Of a stretch of DNA of 64,000 nt, positions 1 to 10,156 are shown piece after piece. This stretch comes from Candidatus Woesebacteria bacterium (GTDB lineage Bacteria > Patescibacteriota > Microgenomatia > UBA8517): positions 554,319 through 618,318 of the forward strand of contig CP066686.1 of assembly GCA_016432365.1 (NCBI GenBank). Direction: 5' to 3'. The first letter of the stretch is position 1, and the number at the start of each line of letters is the position of its first letter. Made by a program: the position numbers and the translations under genes. The notes beneath the pieces are model-generated. The model ran no database searches. It saw nothing but the letters and a program-made list of their open reading frames with translations, and had not been told where the DNA came from.

Positions 1-315
1 ACGTATCGACTGAATTATCCTCCTGAAAACGCCCAGACACTTATTCGTGATCAAACCAGGAGTACCTTTCTGGAGCAAATTGCACACCCGTTTAGAGAAA
101 GCCTTTACGTTAATGGGTACGAACCTAAAAGTGAGGAGAATTATTCGGTGATAAATGGGACTAAATTTAGACAAAAAATAATCATTAGATACGTTCCCAG
201 CGCCGTGCCAGTGCGCATCGCAGTTTTTGTAGGAATAATTTTTTTTGCTTGGGTGCTTGCAGTGTCCTGGAAACAGACACTGTTTGATATCCGAGGCAAA
301 AAAATTAAGGTATAA
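1..315 (+). CDS. C-terminal fragment of an upstream hypothetical protein (enters window mid-gene; C-terminal TM helix)
   Basis: Frame 1 is open for about 104 codons from the window edge to TAA near 313-315. Translation ...VPVRIAVFVGIIFFAWVLAVSWKQTLFDIRGKKIKV has a plausible hydrophobic helix. No recognisable family. Confidence 0.3.
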   Translation, partial: TYRLNYPPENAQTLIRDQTRSTFLEQIAHPFRESLYVNGYEPKSEENYSVINGTKFRQKIIIRYVPSAVPVRIAVFVGIIFFAWVLAVSWKQTLFDIRGKKIKV

Positions 316-323
316 TTCCAAAT

Positions 324-1253
324 ATGTCACGAAAAAACATTGACGTTTCAATAGTAATAGTAGCTACAAATATCGAAGATATGCTTCGTGATTGTCTAAG
401 ATCTGTTTACAAGGCGCTTGATGGAATATCGGGTGAAGTAATAGTTGTAGACAATGCATCTAGCGACAATACTCCCAAAATGGTTGCTAAAGAATTTCCT
501 CAGGTAACTTTAATAAAAAAATATGAGAATCATGGGTTTGGAGAAAACAACAACTATGGAATGAAGATTGCTCGTGGCCGATATGTTTTACTTTTGAATT
601 CGGACACTCTAATAATCGATAAAAATATATTTAAAGAAATGGTTGAGTGGATGGATGCACATCCTAAGGTGGGACTTTCTTCATGTGCACTTCTTAACTC
701 CGATAGAAAAACATTTCAAGGTTCAGGTGGATATTTTCCCACACTGCATAGAGTTTTTGCATGGATGACTTTTATAGATGATATCCCTGGGGTTGATAGG
801 TTGATGAAGCCTTACCATCCACTTCATCCGGGTTCTCCGTTTTACAAAAATGAGAATTATTTTGAGAAATCGCAGAAGCAGGATTGGGTAACCGGAGCAT
901 ACTTTTTAATGAGAAAGAAAGCGATGGATGCGGCGGGACTGTTTGACGAGGACTTCTTTCTGTATGTTGAGGAGGTAGAACTTGCATATAGGTTTTATAA
1001 AGCCGGGTGGGAATCGTGGTACTTGCCGGAATGGAAAATAGTTCACTATGGACAAATGACCAACGGAAGCGAAAAGGCTACGATTTTTGAAATGCAGAAC
1101 TTGAAGCTTTTTTACAAAAAACACTACCCTCATTGGCAATTACCTGCTCTGACGTTCACTCTCAAACTTGGCGCCTTTCTTAGAATCTTGTTCTATAGTT
1201 TAGTCGATCCTAAAATCGCCAAAATTTATGTCAAAGCTTTTGTCTCGATTTAA
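324..1253 (+). CDS. Glycosyltransferase family 2
   Basis: N-terminal VSIVIVATN...VVDNASSDNT matches the GT2 Rossmann/DxD-type signature. About 309 aa, typical size. Confidence 0.8.
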   Translation: MSRKNIDVSIVIVATNIEDMLRDCLRSVYKALDGISGEVIVVDNASSDNTPKMVAKEFPQVTLIKKYENHGFGENNNYGMKIARGRYVLLLNSDTLIIDKNIFKEMVEWMDAHPKVGLSSCALLNSDRKTFQGSGGYFPTLHRVFAWMTFIDDIPGVDRLMKPYHPLHPGSPFYKNENYFEKSQKQDWVTGAYFLMRKKAMDAAGLFDEDFFLYVEEVELAYRFYKAGWESWYLPEWKIVHYGQMTNGSEKATIFEMQNLKLFYKKHYPHWQLPALTFTLKLGAFLRILFYSLVDPKIAKIYVKAFVSI

Positions 1254-2589
1254 CACAATTTCAAAATATTTAATCGCCGCTGTTTTAATAATCGTTCCGC
1301 TATTTCCAAAATTTCCATTAGTCAACGTTTCAGGAACCTACGTGGCGGTACGTTTTGAAGATTTGCTTCTTTTCACTTTAGCAGTTTTTACGTTGATTAA
1401 GATCGTTCCCAATTTTAAGTCTTTTTTTAGTGACAAAATTGTTCAGGCTTTTTTAATATTTTTTGGAGTGGGACTTTTATCTGTTTTTTCGGGGGTATAT
1501 CTTACCCAAACGGTTGGGCTATCCCTAGGTCTTTTGCATTGGGCAAGAAGAATTGAGTATGCGGTGCCTTTTTTGGCGACAATAACATTATTGGCAAGGG
1601 ACAAAGTATCCGAAAATTTGGACTTTTATATAAAGGTGTTGTTGATAGTTGTCGTCGCAGTATTTATATACGGGATCGGGGAAATGTATTTTCGTTTTCC
1701 CGTAATAATTACTCAAAATATGGAGTATTCCAAGGGCGTGGCTCTTTTTTGGATACCGGGGAGTCATATTAACTCAACGTTTGCCGGGCATTATGATTTA
1801 GCGGCGTTTATAGTTCTGGTTATTCCGATCTTTATTGCTTTTATTTTTTTACTGAAAGATAATTTTAGCAAAATTTTATTCTCACTAGTATCGGGGGCCG
1901 GTCTTTGGCTTCTTATTAATTCACTTTCAAGGACGGGTCAAATTTCCTATTTGGCTGCGGTAACTTTTGCTTTGATGATGCTCAAAAAATTTAAAGGGCT
2001 TGCAGTTGTGTTAGTTGTAAGTGTGTTTCTAATTCTGATGTCATCCGGAGTTAACCAAAGGTTCAGGCAGTTGATAAAAGTTTTTGGAATGACTAATCCG
2101 TCTATTACTGTATACGCTGACGAAACGACTCTTCCGACCAAGCGGGTGGATTTAAGTACTCCAACGCCGGCGCCGGTTCCGGTTGTTGAAGATAGATCAA
2201 CATCAATCCGTTTATATGTAGAGTGGCCCAGGGCTATACGGGGTTTTAAAATTAACCCGGTATTGGGTACAGGTTACTCTTCTATTGATCTTGCAACAGA
2301 CAATGATTATTTGAGAAGTTTGGGAGAGACCGGATTGTTCGGATTTTTGGCTTTTTGGCTAATATTTTTTAGAATAGGAAATACATTTGTTGGTTCCATT
2401 CCGGTAATTCGTAAACTAGACCCACTTTCGTTGGGATTCATGGTGGGTCTTTTTGGAGGAATTTTTGGGACATTTTTGAGTGCTTTGTTTATCGATTTAT
2501 TCGAAGCCTCAAAATTTGCGACAATTTTCTGGTTATTATTAGGATTAGCCGTTTATGTGGTTAAAAATAAACAATATGAACAAGAATAA
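1228..2589 (+). CDS. O-antigen ligase/polymerase-like (Wzy_C family) polytopic membrane protein
   Basis: Ten or more predicted TM helices. SRTGQISYLAAV motif resembles the Wzy_C SRG-type loop. A Pro/Thr-rich insert (TPTPAPVPVV) sits in a large loop. 26-nt overlap with the upstream gene. Confidence 0.55.
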   Translation: MSKLLSRFNTISKYLIAAVLIIVPLFPKFPLVNVSGTYVAVRFEDLLLFTLAVFTLIKIVPNFKSFFSDKIVQAFLIFFGVGLLSVFSGVYLTQTVGLSLGLLHWARRIEYAVPFLATITLLARDKVSENLDFYIKVLLIVVVAVFIYGIGEMYFRFPVIITQNMEYSKGVALFWIPGSHINSTFAGHYDLAAFIVLVIPIFIAFIFLLKDNFSKILFSLVSGAGLWLLINSLSRTGQISYLAAVTFALMMLKKFKGLAVVLVVSVFLILMSSGVNQRFRQLIKVFGMTNPSITVYADETTLPTKRVDLSTPTPAPVPVVEDRSTSIRLYVEWPRAIRGFKINPVLGTGYSSIDLATDNDYLRSLGETGLFGFLAFWLIFFRIGNTFVGSIPVIRKLDPLSLGFMVGLFGGIFGTFLSALFIDLFEASKFATIFWLLLGLAVYVVKNKQYEQE

Positions 2590-4051
2590 TACCCCTTTTT
2601 TTAGATCTAAATTTTTCGAGTATTTAATTTTATCAATAATTTTAGTTATGGGCTTCGTTGTGAGGCTTTACAGAATACAAAATCCAATAGCTGATTGGCA
2701 TTCTTGGAGACAGGCGGATACGGCATCTGTCACTCGTATGTATGTAGATAAGGGTATTAATTTTCTTTACCCCAGATATCATGATATCTCAAGCGTTCAA
2801 ACCGGCGTCTTTAACCCAAATGGGTATAGAATGGTAGAGTTTCCATTTTACAATGCTATTGCAGCATTGCTTACTAACACCTCTTCCGTTTTTTCTATGG
2901 AAGTTTGGTCGAGACTGGTTACTATTTCCTGTGCCTTAATTACTTCGTTTTTCTTGTATCTTATTGGTAAAAGATTTATTGGTAAATGGGGTGGGCTCCT
3001 GAGTGCATTTTTTTATTTATTTATTCCGTATAATATTTATTTTACTCGGGTAATACTCCCTGATCCAATGGGTGTAACTTTTGGGGTAATTTCACTTTGG
3101 TCATTTATCAGATTTTTTGATGACAACGGTGACTACTATTTATACCTTTCCGGAATATTTTTCGCAGCAATGCTTTTGATAAAACCCTACATGGGTTTTT
3201 ATATCATTCCGATGTGTTATCTTGCTCTTAAGAAATATGGATTAAAGAGAATTTTTAAAGACAAGCAAATTCTTTTTAAGTCGATCGCTTTTTTTGTTCT
3301 GGCGTTTTTACCGTTTGTTCTTTGGCGTGCTTGGATATCGAAATTTCCGGAAGGAATTCCTTTTTATCTTTGGGCTTTCAATGGCGATAGAATCAGATTT
3401 AAACCCTCATTTTGGTATTGGATTTTTGGAGAGCGGTTGGGACACTTGATATTGGGTTCCTTGGGTCTTATTCCGTTCGTTTTCGGTATTTTTAATACGA
3501 AGGTTAAAAATTTATTTATTCAATGGTTTTTGGTGGGGATATTTATGTATGTCGTAACTGTTGCTTCGGCTAATGTTATGCACGATTATTATCAGATTCA
3601 ATCAATTCCAGTTATTGCCTTAACACTTGCGGCGGGGTTTGTTTATTTGTGGCATCAACAAAATTTTAATAGATGGTTGGTAAGGATCACTTTGTTCATT
3701 TCTGTCTGGGTGATGTTGGTTACCGGGTGGAGTCAGGTTGTTGGAAATTACAATATTAATCATCCAGAGATTCTTATTGCAGGTACCGAAGTGGACAAAA
3801 TTACTTCAAAAGACGCGATTGTTGTAGCTCCATACAATGGTGATACTGCATTTTTGTATGCAACAAAGCGTTCCGGTTGGCCGGCAATTGACGATGCAAT
3901 AGATAATATCATCGAAAAAGGGGCTGATTACTATGTTTCGGTTGACTTGGGCAGTGCCGATACGAAAATGATAGCGTCAAGATTCAAAACTATACAGAAA
4001 ACTGACAAGTTTATAATTATTGATTTACACCAAGCAGTAAAAACCAAATGA
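2555..4051 (+). CDS. PMT/ArnT-family GT-C glycosyltransferase (GT39/GT83-like, polyprenyl-phosphate-sugar dependent)
   Basis: Polytopic membrane protein. N-terminal region FRSKFFEYLILSIILVMGFVVRLYRI...W(R/D)(Q/E)AxxA resembles the PMT_2/ArnT first-loop signature. About 500 aa. Confidence 0.65.
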   Translation: MWLKINNMNKNNTPFFRSKFFEYLILSIILVMGFVVRLYRIQNPIADWHSWRQADTASVTRMYVDKGINFLYPRYHDISSVQTGVFNPNGYRMVEFPFYNAIAALLTNTSSVFSMEVWSRLVTISCALITSFFLYLIGKRFIGKWGGLLSAFFYLFIPYNIYFTRVILPDPMGVTFGVISLWSFIRFFDDNGDYYLYLSGIFFAAMLLIKPYMGFYIIPMCYLALKKYGLKRIFKDKQILFKSIAFFVLAFLPFVLWRAWISKFPEGIPFYLWAFNGDRIRFKPSFWYWIFGERLGHLILGSLGLIPFVFGIFNTKVKNLFIQWFLVGIFMYVVTVASANVMHDYYQIQSIPVIALTLAAGFVYLWHQQNFNRWLVRITLFISVWVMLVTGWSQVVGNYNINHPEILIAGTEVDKITSKDAIVVAPYNGDTAFLYATKRSGWPAIDDAIDNIIEKGADYYVSVDLGSADTKMIASRFKTIQKTDKFIIIDLHQAVKTK

Positions 4052-4083
4052 AAATACTTACGATTATATCGAAGTATTTTTCT
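4052..4083 (+). terminator. Possible intrinsic terminator (AU-rich hairpin aaatactt...aagtattt followed by T-run)
   Basis: 8-bp inverted repeat immediately after the stop at 4049-4051, followed by ttttctt. Weak AT-rich stem. Confidence 0.3.
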
Positions 4084-4102
4084 TGATAAAAAATAAACCT
4101 TT

Positions 4103-5314
4103 ATGAAAATACTTATGTTGACCCCATATCTCCCTTTTCCGGATTCTTCGGGAGGACAGATACGGTCTTATAATCTCATAAAAGATTTAAGTAAAAAGCA
4201 TGATATTACACTTTTTTCTTTGATCAAGGACGATCAGGAAAAAAAATTTATCTCCGAGCTTGAAAAATATTGTAAAGAGGTTCAAGTTTTCAAGAGGTCT
4301 AAATCCCCCTGGACCCTGAGAAATATTCTTCTGACAGGTTTTGGCCCTTATCCGTTTCTGGTTATAAGAAATTTATCTCCTAAAGAAAAAGGAGCCGTAA
4401 AAGCTGAGATTCAAAAAAATAAATATGATCTCATACACGCTGAAACTTTTTATGTTATGCCTCACATACCCGAAACCAAAATTCCCATTCTTCTTGTGGA
4501 GCAGACCATTGAATACCTCGTGTACAGACATTTTGTGAAGGGTATTAAGAATATTTTTGTAAGAATACTTCTTTCTATAGATGTAGCCAAACTCCGTTTT
4601 TGGGAAACCAGTTTTTGGAAAAAAGCTGATGGTGTTGTCGCAGTGTCTGAAGCAGACAAAAAAGAAATGCTTAAACTTGCACCCGATTTAGATGTGGGTC
4701 TGGTGCCCAACGGTGTAAGTCTCGATTTTTTTAAGATTAAGGGAAGCTGGAGTCAAAAGAATCCAAAAATTCTTTTCGTCGCAAATTTTAAATGGTTGCA
4801 AAATGTTGAAGCCGCAGAATTACTTCTCGATGAAGTTTTTCCGCTCATTCATAAGAAAAATCCGTCTGTGAAAGTGTGGATTGTCGGGCAACATATTCCC
4901 GAGTCGATACTAAATAGAAGGAGGACAAACGTGATTGTAGACAATCTTAGAGAAGATGACCAGGAGGGTATAAGAAATGCTTACTATGAATCTACAGCCT
5001 TCGTATCACCTCTCAGAGGTCCGGGGGGAACAAGATTAAAACATTTTGCTGCAATGGCGGCAAAACTTCCACTTATCACAACCTCTGTCGGAGCGGAAGG
5101 CTTGGGAGCTACCAATGAAGAAAATATTATAGTTCAGGATGAACCTATCTCCCTCGCCCAGTCAACCCTTGAAATTATTGGAAACGAGAAAAAGGCAAAA
5201 TTCATTGCTGAAAATGCAAGGAAGCTGGTTGAAGAAAAATTTAGTTGGTATAAAATGAGTGAATATCTCGATAGAATTTACGAGGATACAGCATATGACA
5301 GCCACAAAACCTGA
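4103..5314 (+). CDS. Glycosyltransferase family 4 (GT-B, retaining)
   Basis: N-terminal MKILMLTPYLPFPDSSGGQIRSYNL is the typical GT4 N-domain. C-terminal half has the GT1/GT4 Rossmann fold pattern. Confidence 0.8.
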   Translation: MKILMLTPYLPFPDSSGGQIRSYNLIKDLSKKHDITLFSLIKDDQEKKFISELEKYCKEVQVFKRSKSPWTLRNILLTGFGPYPFLVIRNLSPKEKGAVKAEIQKNKYDLIHAETFYVMPHIPETKIPILLVEQTIEYLVYRHFVKGIKNIFVRILLSIDVAKLRFWETSFWKKADGVVAVSEADKKEMLKLAPDLDVGLVPNGVSLDFFKIKGSWSQKNPKILFVANFKWLQNVEAAELLLDEVFPLIHKKNPSVKVWIVGQHIPESILNRRRTNVIVDNLREDDQEGIRNAYYESTAFVSPLRGPGGTRLKHFAAMAAKLPLITTSVGAEGLGATNEENIIVQDEPISLAQSTLEIIGNEKKAKFIAENARKLVEEKFSWYKMSEYLDRIYEDTAYDSHKT

Positions 5315-6182
5315 ATTATCCGTAATAATTTTGAATTATAATACCAAGGAGCTTCTTGAGGATTGTCTCAACTCAGTTAAATCTCATATGCACGAAGTCC
5401 CAATGGAAGTAATAGTTTCGGATAACTCTTCAACTGACGGCGGCCCTGAAATGATAAAGAAAAAATTCCCATGGGTAACACTTATCGAGGGACCAAACAA
5501 TGGTTTTTCTGCGGGAAACAATCGCGCAAAACCACTAGTTCGGGGTGATATGGTCTTGTTTTTGAATCCGGATACAATCGTTCATGATAACGTGTTTGGC
5601 TTAACTGTTAGGTACCTTAAAGAGCATCCCAAGGTGGGGGCGGTGACTTGTAAGTTGGTTTTACCTGACGGCTCGATGGATAAAGATGTTCGTCGAAGAT
5701 TTCCCACACCATGGATATCCTTCAACCGATTGGTTCTCGGTAAAACCCGGGAATACTATTATGAATACATTCCGGATACATCGACCCATGAGGTAGAGGC
5801 TATACAAGGGGCCTTTTTCTTAAGTTGGAAAAAAATATTGGACAAGGTTGGTTGGTATGATGAAGGCTATTTCTTTGACGGAGAAGACGTGGACCTTTGT
5901 TACCAGATTTCCAAGTTGGGTTACAAACTTGTTTATTATCCGGATGTATATATTACACATTTAAAAGGGGTGACCAAGGGAAAAGTCGCGAAGTGGAAGT
6001 ATAAAGTAACCCGAGAGCAGAGAAAAAAGCTTAGAATGTCGGGGGTTGCTTCAATGGAAAGATTTTTTAGAAAGAATTTGTGGAAAAGATATCCGGTCTG
6101 GTTCGACTACTTCGTCCTTCTGGGAATCAATCTTTTTAAGATTGTTCGGTACGTGCGGGTAGCGATACTTTCTTCATACTAA
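5259..6182 (+). CDS. Glycosyltransferase family 2
   Basis: LSVIILNYNTKELLEDCLNSV...VIVSDNSSTDG GT2 signature. The true start is probably the internal Met near 5295, which reduces the overlap with the upstream gene. Confidence 0.8.
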   Translation: MNISIEFTRIQHMTATKPELSVIILNYNTKELLEDCLNSVKSHMHEVPMEVIVSDNSSTDGGPEMIKKKFPWVTLIEGPNNGFSAGNNRAKPLVRGDMVLFLNPDTIVHDNVFGLTVRYLKEHPKVGAVTCKLVLPDGSMDKDVRRRFPTPWISFNRLVLGKTREYYYEYIPDTSTHEVEAIQGAFFLSWKKILDKVGWYDEGYFFDGEDVDLCYQISKLGYKLVYYPDVYITHLKGVTKGKVAKWKYKVTREQRKKLRMSGVASMERFFRKNLWKRYPVWFDYFVLLGINLFKIVRYVRVAILSSY

Positions 6183-7307
6183 ATGAAAATAATTATTGAC
6201 GGTAGACTTTACGGTTTGGAAAACGCCGGTTTAGGTAGGTATTTAATCAATCTTGTTGAGGAACTGGGTAAGCTGGATAAAAAAAATGAATACACAATTC
6301 TTCTCAGAAAGAAATATTTTGATAGCTTGAAACTTTCCGCTAATTGGAAAAAGGTGCTTGTTGATTTGCGCCACTATAGTTTTGCAGAGCAAATATTCCT
6401 TCCGGGGATAATCACGAAAGAAAAACCGGATATTGTTCATTTCCCACATTTTAACGTACCCATTTTATATAAAGGAATGTTTGTGGTTACGATTCACGAT
6501 ATGCTTATGCACGATTTTGCAGGTCTTTCTGCTTCCACCTTACCCGGGCCGTTATATTTTTTAAAGCAATCTGTTTATAAATTTGTATTTAGGAGAGCAG
6601 TCCTTGCATCTTCCCGGATAATTGTGCCTTCATATGCTGTTGGAGCGGGGTTAAAGAAATATTACAACCTGCCGGATTCTAAAATAGAAACTATATACGA
6701 AGGTTTTGATAACAAGATAACCCTAAATCGGACAAAAAATAATGACCCCTACTTTATTTATACCGGAAACGCTTATCCTCACAAAAATCTCAACCGTCTT
6801 ATTGAAGCAATGGTGCTGCTTAATGAAAAAGTCGATAGAAAAGTCTTACTTATGATTGCTTCTGCGAGAAATGTTTTTACAAAAAGACTCGAAAAAGTGA
6901 TTACCGGATTAAAAGCCGATGAATATGTAAAACTTAAAGGCTTTGTGCCGGACTCTGAATTGGGTTCGTTGTATAAGAATTCTTTGGGATTTGTTTCCCC
7001 TGCGCTTTCCGAAGGCTTCGGTCTTCCCGGCCTTGAGGCAATGAGTTGTGGAACGCTTCTACTTGCATCCGATATTCCGGTATTTAAAGAAATTTATGAA
7101 AAACACGCCACATATTTTGATCCTTTTGATCCCTCTTCGATTGAAAATGCTATGAGAAGCGTGATAGAGACAGACGCGGTTACGCGCCGGAAGAAAATTT
7201 TGGAAGGCCAAAAGTTTTCAAAAGGCTATTCATGGGTTAAAATGGCCACTCAAACCCTGAAAATATATGAAAGCTTATTCAAAAAAGAAAGTGGCGATAG
7301 TTTATGA
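6183..7307 (+). CDS. Glycosyltransferase family 4
   Basis: C-terminal EGFGLPGLEAMSCGTLLLASDIPVFKEI matches the GT4 E-x7-E region. Confidence 0.8.
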   Translation: MKIIIDGRLYGLENAGLGRYLINLVEELGKLDKKNEYTILLRKKYFDSLKLSANWKKVLVDLRHYSFAEQIFLPGIITKEKPDIVHFPHFNVPILYKGMFVVTIHDMLMHDFAGLSASTLPGPLYFLKQSVYKFVFRRAVLASSRIIVPSYAVGAGLKKYYNLPDSKIETIYEGFDNKITLNRTKNNDPYFIYTGNAYPHKNLNRLIEAMVLLNEKVDRKVLLMIASARNVFTKRLEKVITGLKADEYVKLKGFVPDSELGSLYKNSLGFVSPALSEGFGLPGLEAMSCGTLLLASDIPVFKEIYEKHATYFDPFDPSSIENAMRSVIETDAVTRRKKILEGQKFSKGYSWVKMATQTLKIYESLFKKESGDSL

Positions 7308-8385
7308 CAGAGTAAATAAGTGGGGGGGCGCTGAGCGCGTTCTCCTCGCTCTCCACGAAATTTTTCCCAATGCACCTCTTTATACTTCGGTTTATGATAA
7401 AAAAAATGCCAAGTGGGCAAAAGTTTTTCCAAAGGTAGTAGCTTCGTTTTTACAGACATTTCCGTTTGCAAAATCCAACCACGAATTTTTTGCTTCGTTA
7501 ATGCCTCTGGCTTTTGAGTCCTTTGATTTTTCTGGTTTTGATATAGTTATTTCGGTGACCAGCGAAGCGGCAAAGGGAATTAAAACAAAGCATAATCAAT
7601 TACACATTTGTTATTGTTTAACACCAACACGCTATCTTTGGAGTTCTCATGACAGTTATTTCAAAAATCCGCCACCTATTTTTAAATTTTTCCCTTTCTT
7701 TGGAGTAATTTCAAGACCATTTGTCTTTTTTCTTAGAAGGTGGGACCTAGGAGCCTCAAAGCAACCTGACGTTATGATTGCCATTTCCGGTGAAGTCCAA
7801 AAAAGAATTAAAAAATATTACAAAAGAAACTCGGTGATAGTTTATCCTCCGGTAGAACTCAAGAGTCTAAATTCGAAATTCGGGAATACTATCCAAAAGT
7901 CAAAAAAAGAATTTTACTTGATAGTTAGTAGGCTGGTGGGATATAAGAGGGTTGATTTAGCGATTGCCGCTTTTAACAAATTAGAAATCCCTCTCGTTGT
8001 CGTAGGAACTGGCAGCGAAGAAAAGAGGTTGAAGAAAAAAGCAAAAAGAAATATTAAACTTGTAGGAGCAGTATCGGAAAAAGCATTGGTCCGTTACTAT
8101 TCAGGTGCAAAAGCGCTTATTATGCCGCAGGAGGAAGATTTTGGAATTGTGGCAGTTGAGGCACAGTCGATGGGTGTTCCGGTAATTGCTTACAAAAAGG
8201 GAGGGGCAATTGACACTGTCATTCCCGGTAAAACTGGTATATTCTTTGATGAACAAAAACCTGAGAGTCTGATAAAAGCAGTGAAGAGATTTGAAAAAAA
8301 TAAGTTTTTAGTTGATAATCTACGTACAAATGCAAAACGATTCAACAAACAAACCTTCCGGAAAAGATTCCTCAGACTCATATAA
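7267..8385 (+). CDS. Glycosyltransferase family 4
   Basis: EEDFGIVAVEAQSMGVPVIAYKKGGAIDTV matches the GT4 catalytic region. N-domain VYDRVNKWGGAERVLLAL. Confidence 0.75.
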   Translation: MKAYSKKKVAIVYDRVNKWGGAERVLLALHEIFPNAPLYTSVYDKKNAKWAKVFPKVVASFLQTFPFAKSNHEFFASLMPLAFESFDFSGFDIVISVTSEAAKGIKTKHNQLHICYCLTPTRYLWSSHDSYFKNPPPIFKFFPFFGVISRPFVFFLRRWDLGASKQPDVMIAISGEVQKRIKKYYKRNSVIVYPPVELKSLNSKFGNTIQKSKKEFYLIVSRLVGYKRVDLAIAAFNKLEIPLVVVGTGSEEKRLKKKAKRNIKLVGAVSEKALVRYYSGAKALIMPQEEDFGIVAVEAQSMGVPVIAYKKGGAIDTVIPGKTGIFFDEQKPESLIKAVKRFEKNKFLVDNLRTNAKRFNKQTFRKRFLRLI

Positions 8386-9466
8386 AGACCATTTGTATGC
8401 CCTGATTCTCGCAGGGGGGGGCGGAACTCGTCTTTGGCCAAGATCCAGGAATAAGACTCCAAAACAATTTCTCCCGTTATTTTTAGAGAACCAAACGCTA
8501 ACAGAGCTGACATTTCTTAGGTTTCAAAAATTGGTTCCGATCGACAGGATTTTTTGTGTTACTGTTTCCGAAGACTACAAAAAAGAGATCCTAAGAGAGA
8601 TTCCGGAATTTAAGAAAGAAAACATTGTTGTTGAGCCAGCCAGACGTGAAACCGGACCAGCCCATGCATTGGGGGCATATATTATCAGTAAATTAGATAA
8701 AGACGCAGTAATAATTACTGAGGCCGCAGATAGGTTGGTTAGTCCGGTTCATCGTTATCTTCAGGTATTAACAGCGTCGGCGAAAATAGCTTATGAAAAG
8801 CGAGTATTAGTTGCTTTAGGTGTACCCCCGCGATATCCCCATACTGGCTTGGGCCATATAAAGAGGGGGGAGAGGCTGGATGATGTTGGTGATGTTGCTT
8901 TTTTTAAACTGGAGAAGTTTGTGGAAAAGCCACCTCTAGAATTGGCTAAAGAGTACACCGAATCAAAAGAGTATTATTGGAATGCCGGTGAGTTTGTATG
9001 GAGGGCAGATGTTTTATTGGAGGAAATTGCAAATTACGCCCCGGAAATTACCAAGCATTTGGTTAGGATTGGAAAGGGAGAAAAAATTGAGGATGTTTAT
9101 AAAGATATGCCTGCAATAGCAATAGATTATGCGGTGGCAGAAAAATCAAAAAATTTTTACGTTGTTCATGGCGATTTTAACTGGACCGATATCGGTGATT
9201 GGAAAGAGGTTTGGGAAAATAGCAAGAAGGATGACTTTGGAAATGTAATTATTGATGGTAGCGCCAAGGGCGGCGAAATTATAAACATCGACACCTCGGA
9301 TGCGTTGGTCCACAAGGATGGGAGATTAATAGCGATTGTTGATGTAGATAATATTATAGTGGTTGATACTCCTGACGCGCTTTTGATTTGTTCAAAAAGT
9401 AAAGCCCAGAATGTAAAAAAGGTGGTTGAAAAATTGAAGGCGGAAAATAGAACGGAGCTGCTCTGA
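8312..9466 (+). CDS. manC: Mannose-1-phosphate guanylyltransferase (GDP-mannose pyrophosphorylase, no PMI domain)
   Basis: LYALILAGGGGTRLWPRSRNKTPKQF is the classic NDP-sugar pyrophosphorylase motif of ManC/CpsB. The real start is probably later: an in-frame TTG at 8393 would leave an 8-nt gap after the upstream stop. Confidence 0.8.
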   Translation: MIIYVQMQNDSTNKPSGKDSSDSYKDHLYALILAGGGGTRLWPRSRNKTPKQFLPLFLENQTLTELTFLRFQKLVPIDRIFCVTVSEDYKKEILREIPEFKKENIVVEPARRETGPAHALGAYIISKLDKDAVIITEAADRLVSPVHRYLQVLTASAKIAYEKRVLVALGVPPRYPHTGLGHIKRGERLDDVGDVAFFKLEKFVEKPPLELAKEYTESKEYYWNAGEFVWRADVLLEEIANYAPEITKHLVRIGKGEKIEDVYKDMPAIAIDYAVAEKSKNFYVVHGDFNWTDIGDWKEVWENSKKDDFGNVIIDGSAKGGEIINIDTSDALVHKDGRLIAIVDVDNIIVVDTPDALLICSKSKAQNVKKVVEKLKAENRTELL

Positions 9467-9478
9467 TATAATCCCGTT

Positions 9479-10129
9479 ATGTATTACAATTTTGTAAAAA
9501 GAATAATGGACATAGTAATGTCTATTTCTTTGATTGTTCTTTTTTCACCGGTGATGCTTCTAACAGCTGTAATTATTTGGATAACTTCGCCTGGCCCCGC
9601 TCTTGTAGAAAGAACCAATAAACACATGAAGAGAATTGGTAAGGACGGTAAAATCTTCCGTTTGTATAAATTCCGTTCAATGCCGGTTAATTCCGACTAT
9701 CTTATTACCAAAGATCCGAGATTCAAGAAACTCTATGTAGAGTGGAAAAGGTCGAATTTTAAACTGCATGACGATCCGAGGGTTAGTAAATTTGGGAAGT
9801 TTATAAGAAAGTATTCAATAGACGAAATGCCTCAACTATTTAACGTTCTAAGGGGAGAAATGAGTATCGTTGGCCCTAGACCGTACCATGCTGACGAGAT
9901 ATATGAACAGCAAAAGCGATACAGAGGAACTGAGAAATATGTTAAAGAAACCCAAACAGTAAAACCGGGTATTACCGGATATTGGCAAGTTACTGGGCGG
10001 AGCAATATAAATTTTGATAAAAGAATCCGAATGGATGCGGATTACGCACGCAGAAAATCGTTGTTAACGGATTTGTTTATTATTTTGAGAACCCCGATTG
10101 CAATGATAACAGGGGTTGGTGCAGTGTAG
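9479..10129 (+). CDS. Small phosphoglycosyltransferase (bacterial sugar transferase, PglC/WbaP-C-like), initiating enzyme on polyprenyl-phosphate
   Basis: Single N-terminal re-entrant helix with the SPGP motif. KFRSM, DE(L/M)PQLFNVLRGEMSIVGPRP catalytic signature. Confidence 0.8.
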   Translation: MYYNFVKRIMDIVMSISLIVLFSPVMLLTAVIIWITSPGPALVERTNKHMKRIGKDGKIFRLYKFRSMPVNSDYLITKDPRFKKLYVEWKRSNFKLHDDPRVSKFGKFIRKYSIDEMPQLFNVLRGEMSIVGPRPYHADEIYEQQKRYRGTEKYVKETQTVKPGITGYWQVTGRSNINFDKRIRMDADYARRKSLLTDLFIILRTPIAMITGVGAV

Positions 10130-10156
10130 TGCTTCTCGAATTACAATCTTTGTTAT

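Noticed and set aside
261-279. GTGTC-n9-GACAC hairpin near the window start as a terminator
   Set aside because: It falls inside the still-open reading frame of the entering C-terminal CDS fragment and is not followed by a T-run.
772-1139. Two minus-strand ORFs (71 and 77 aa) inside the first GT2 gene
   Set aside because: They are antisense to a well-supported GT2 coding frame. No start context and junk-like composition.
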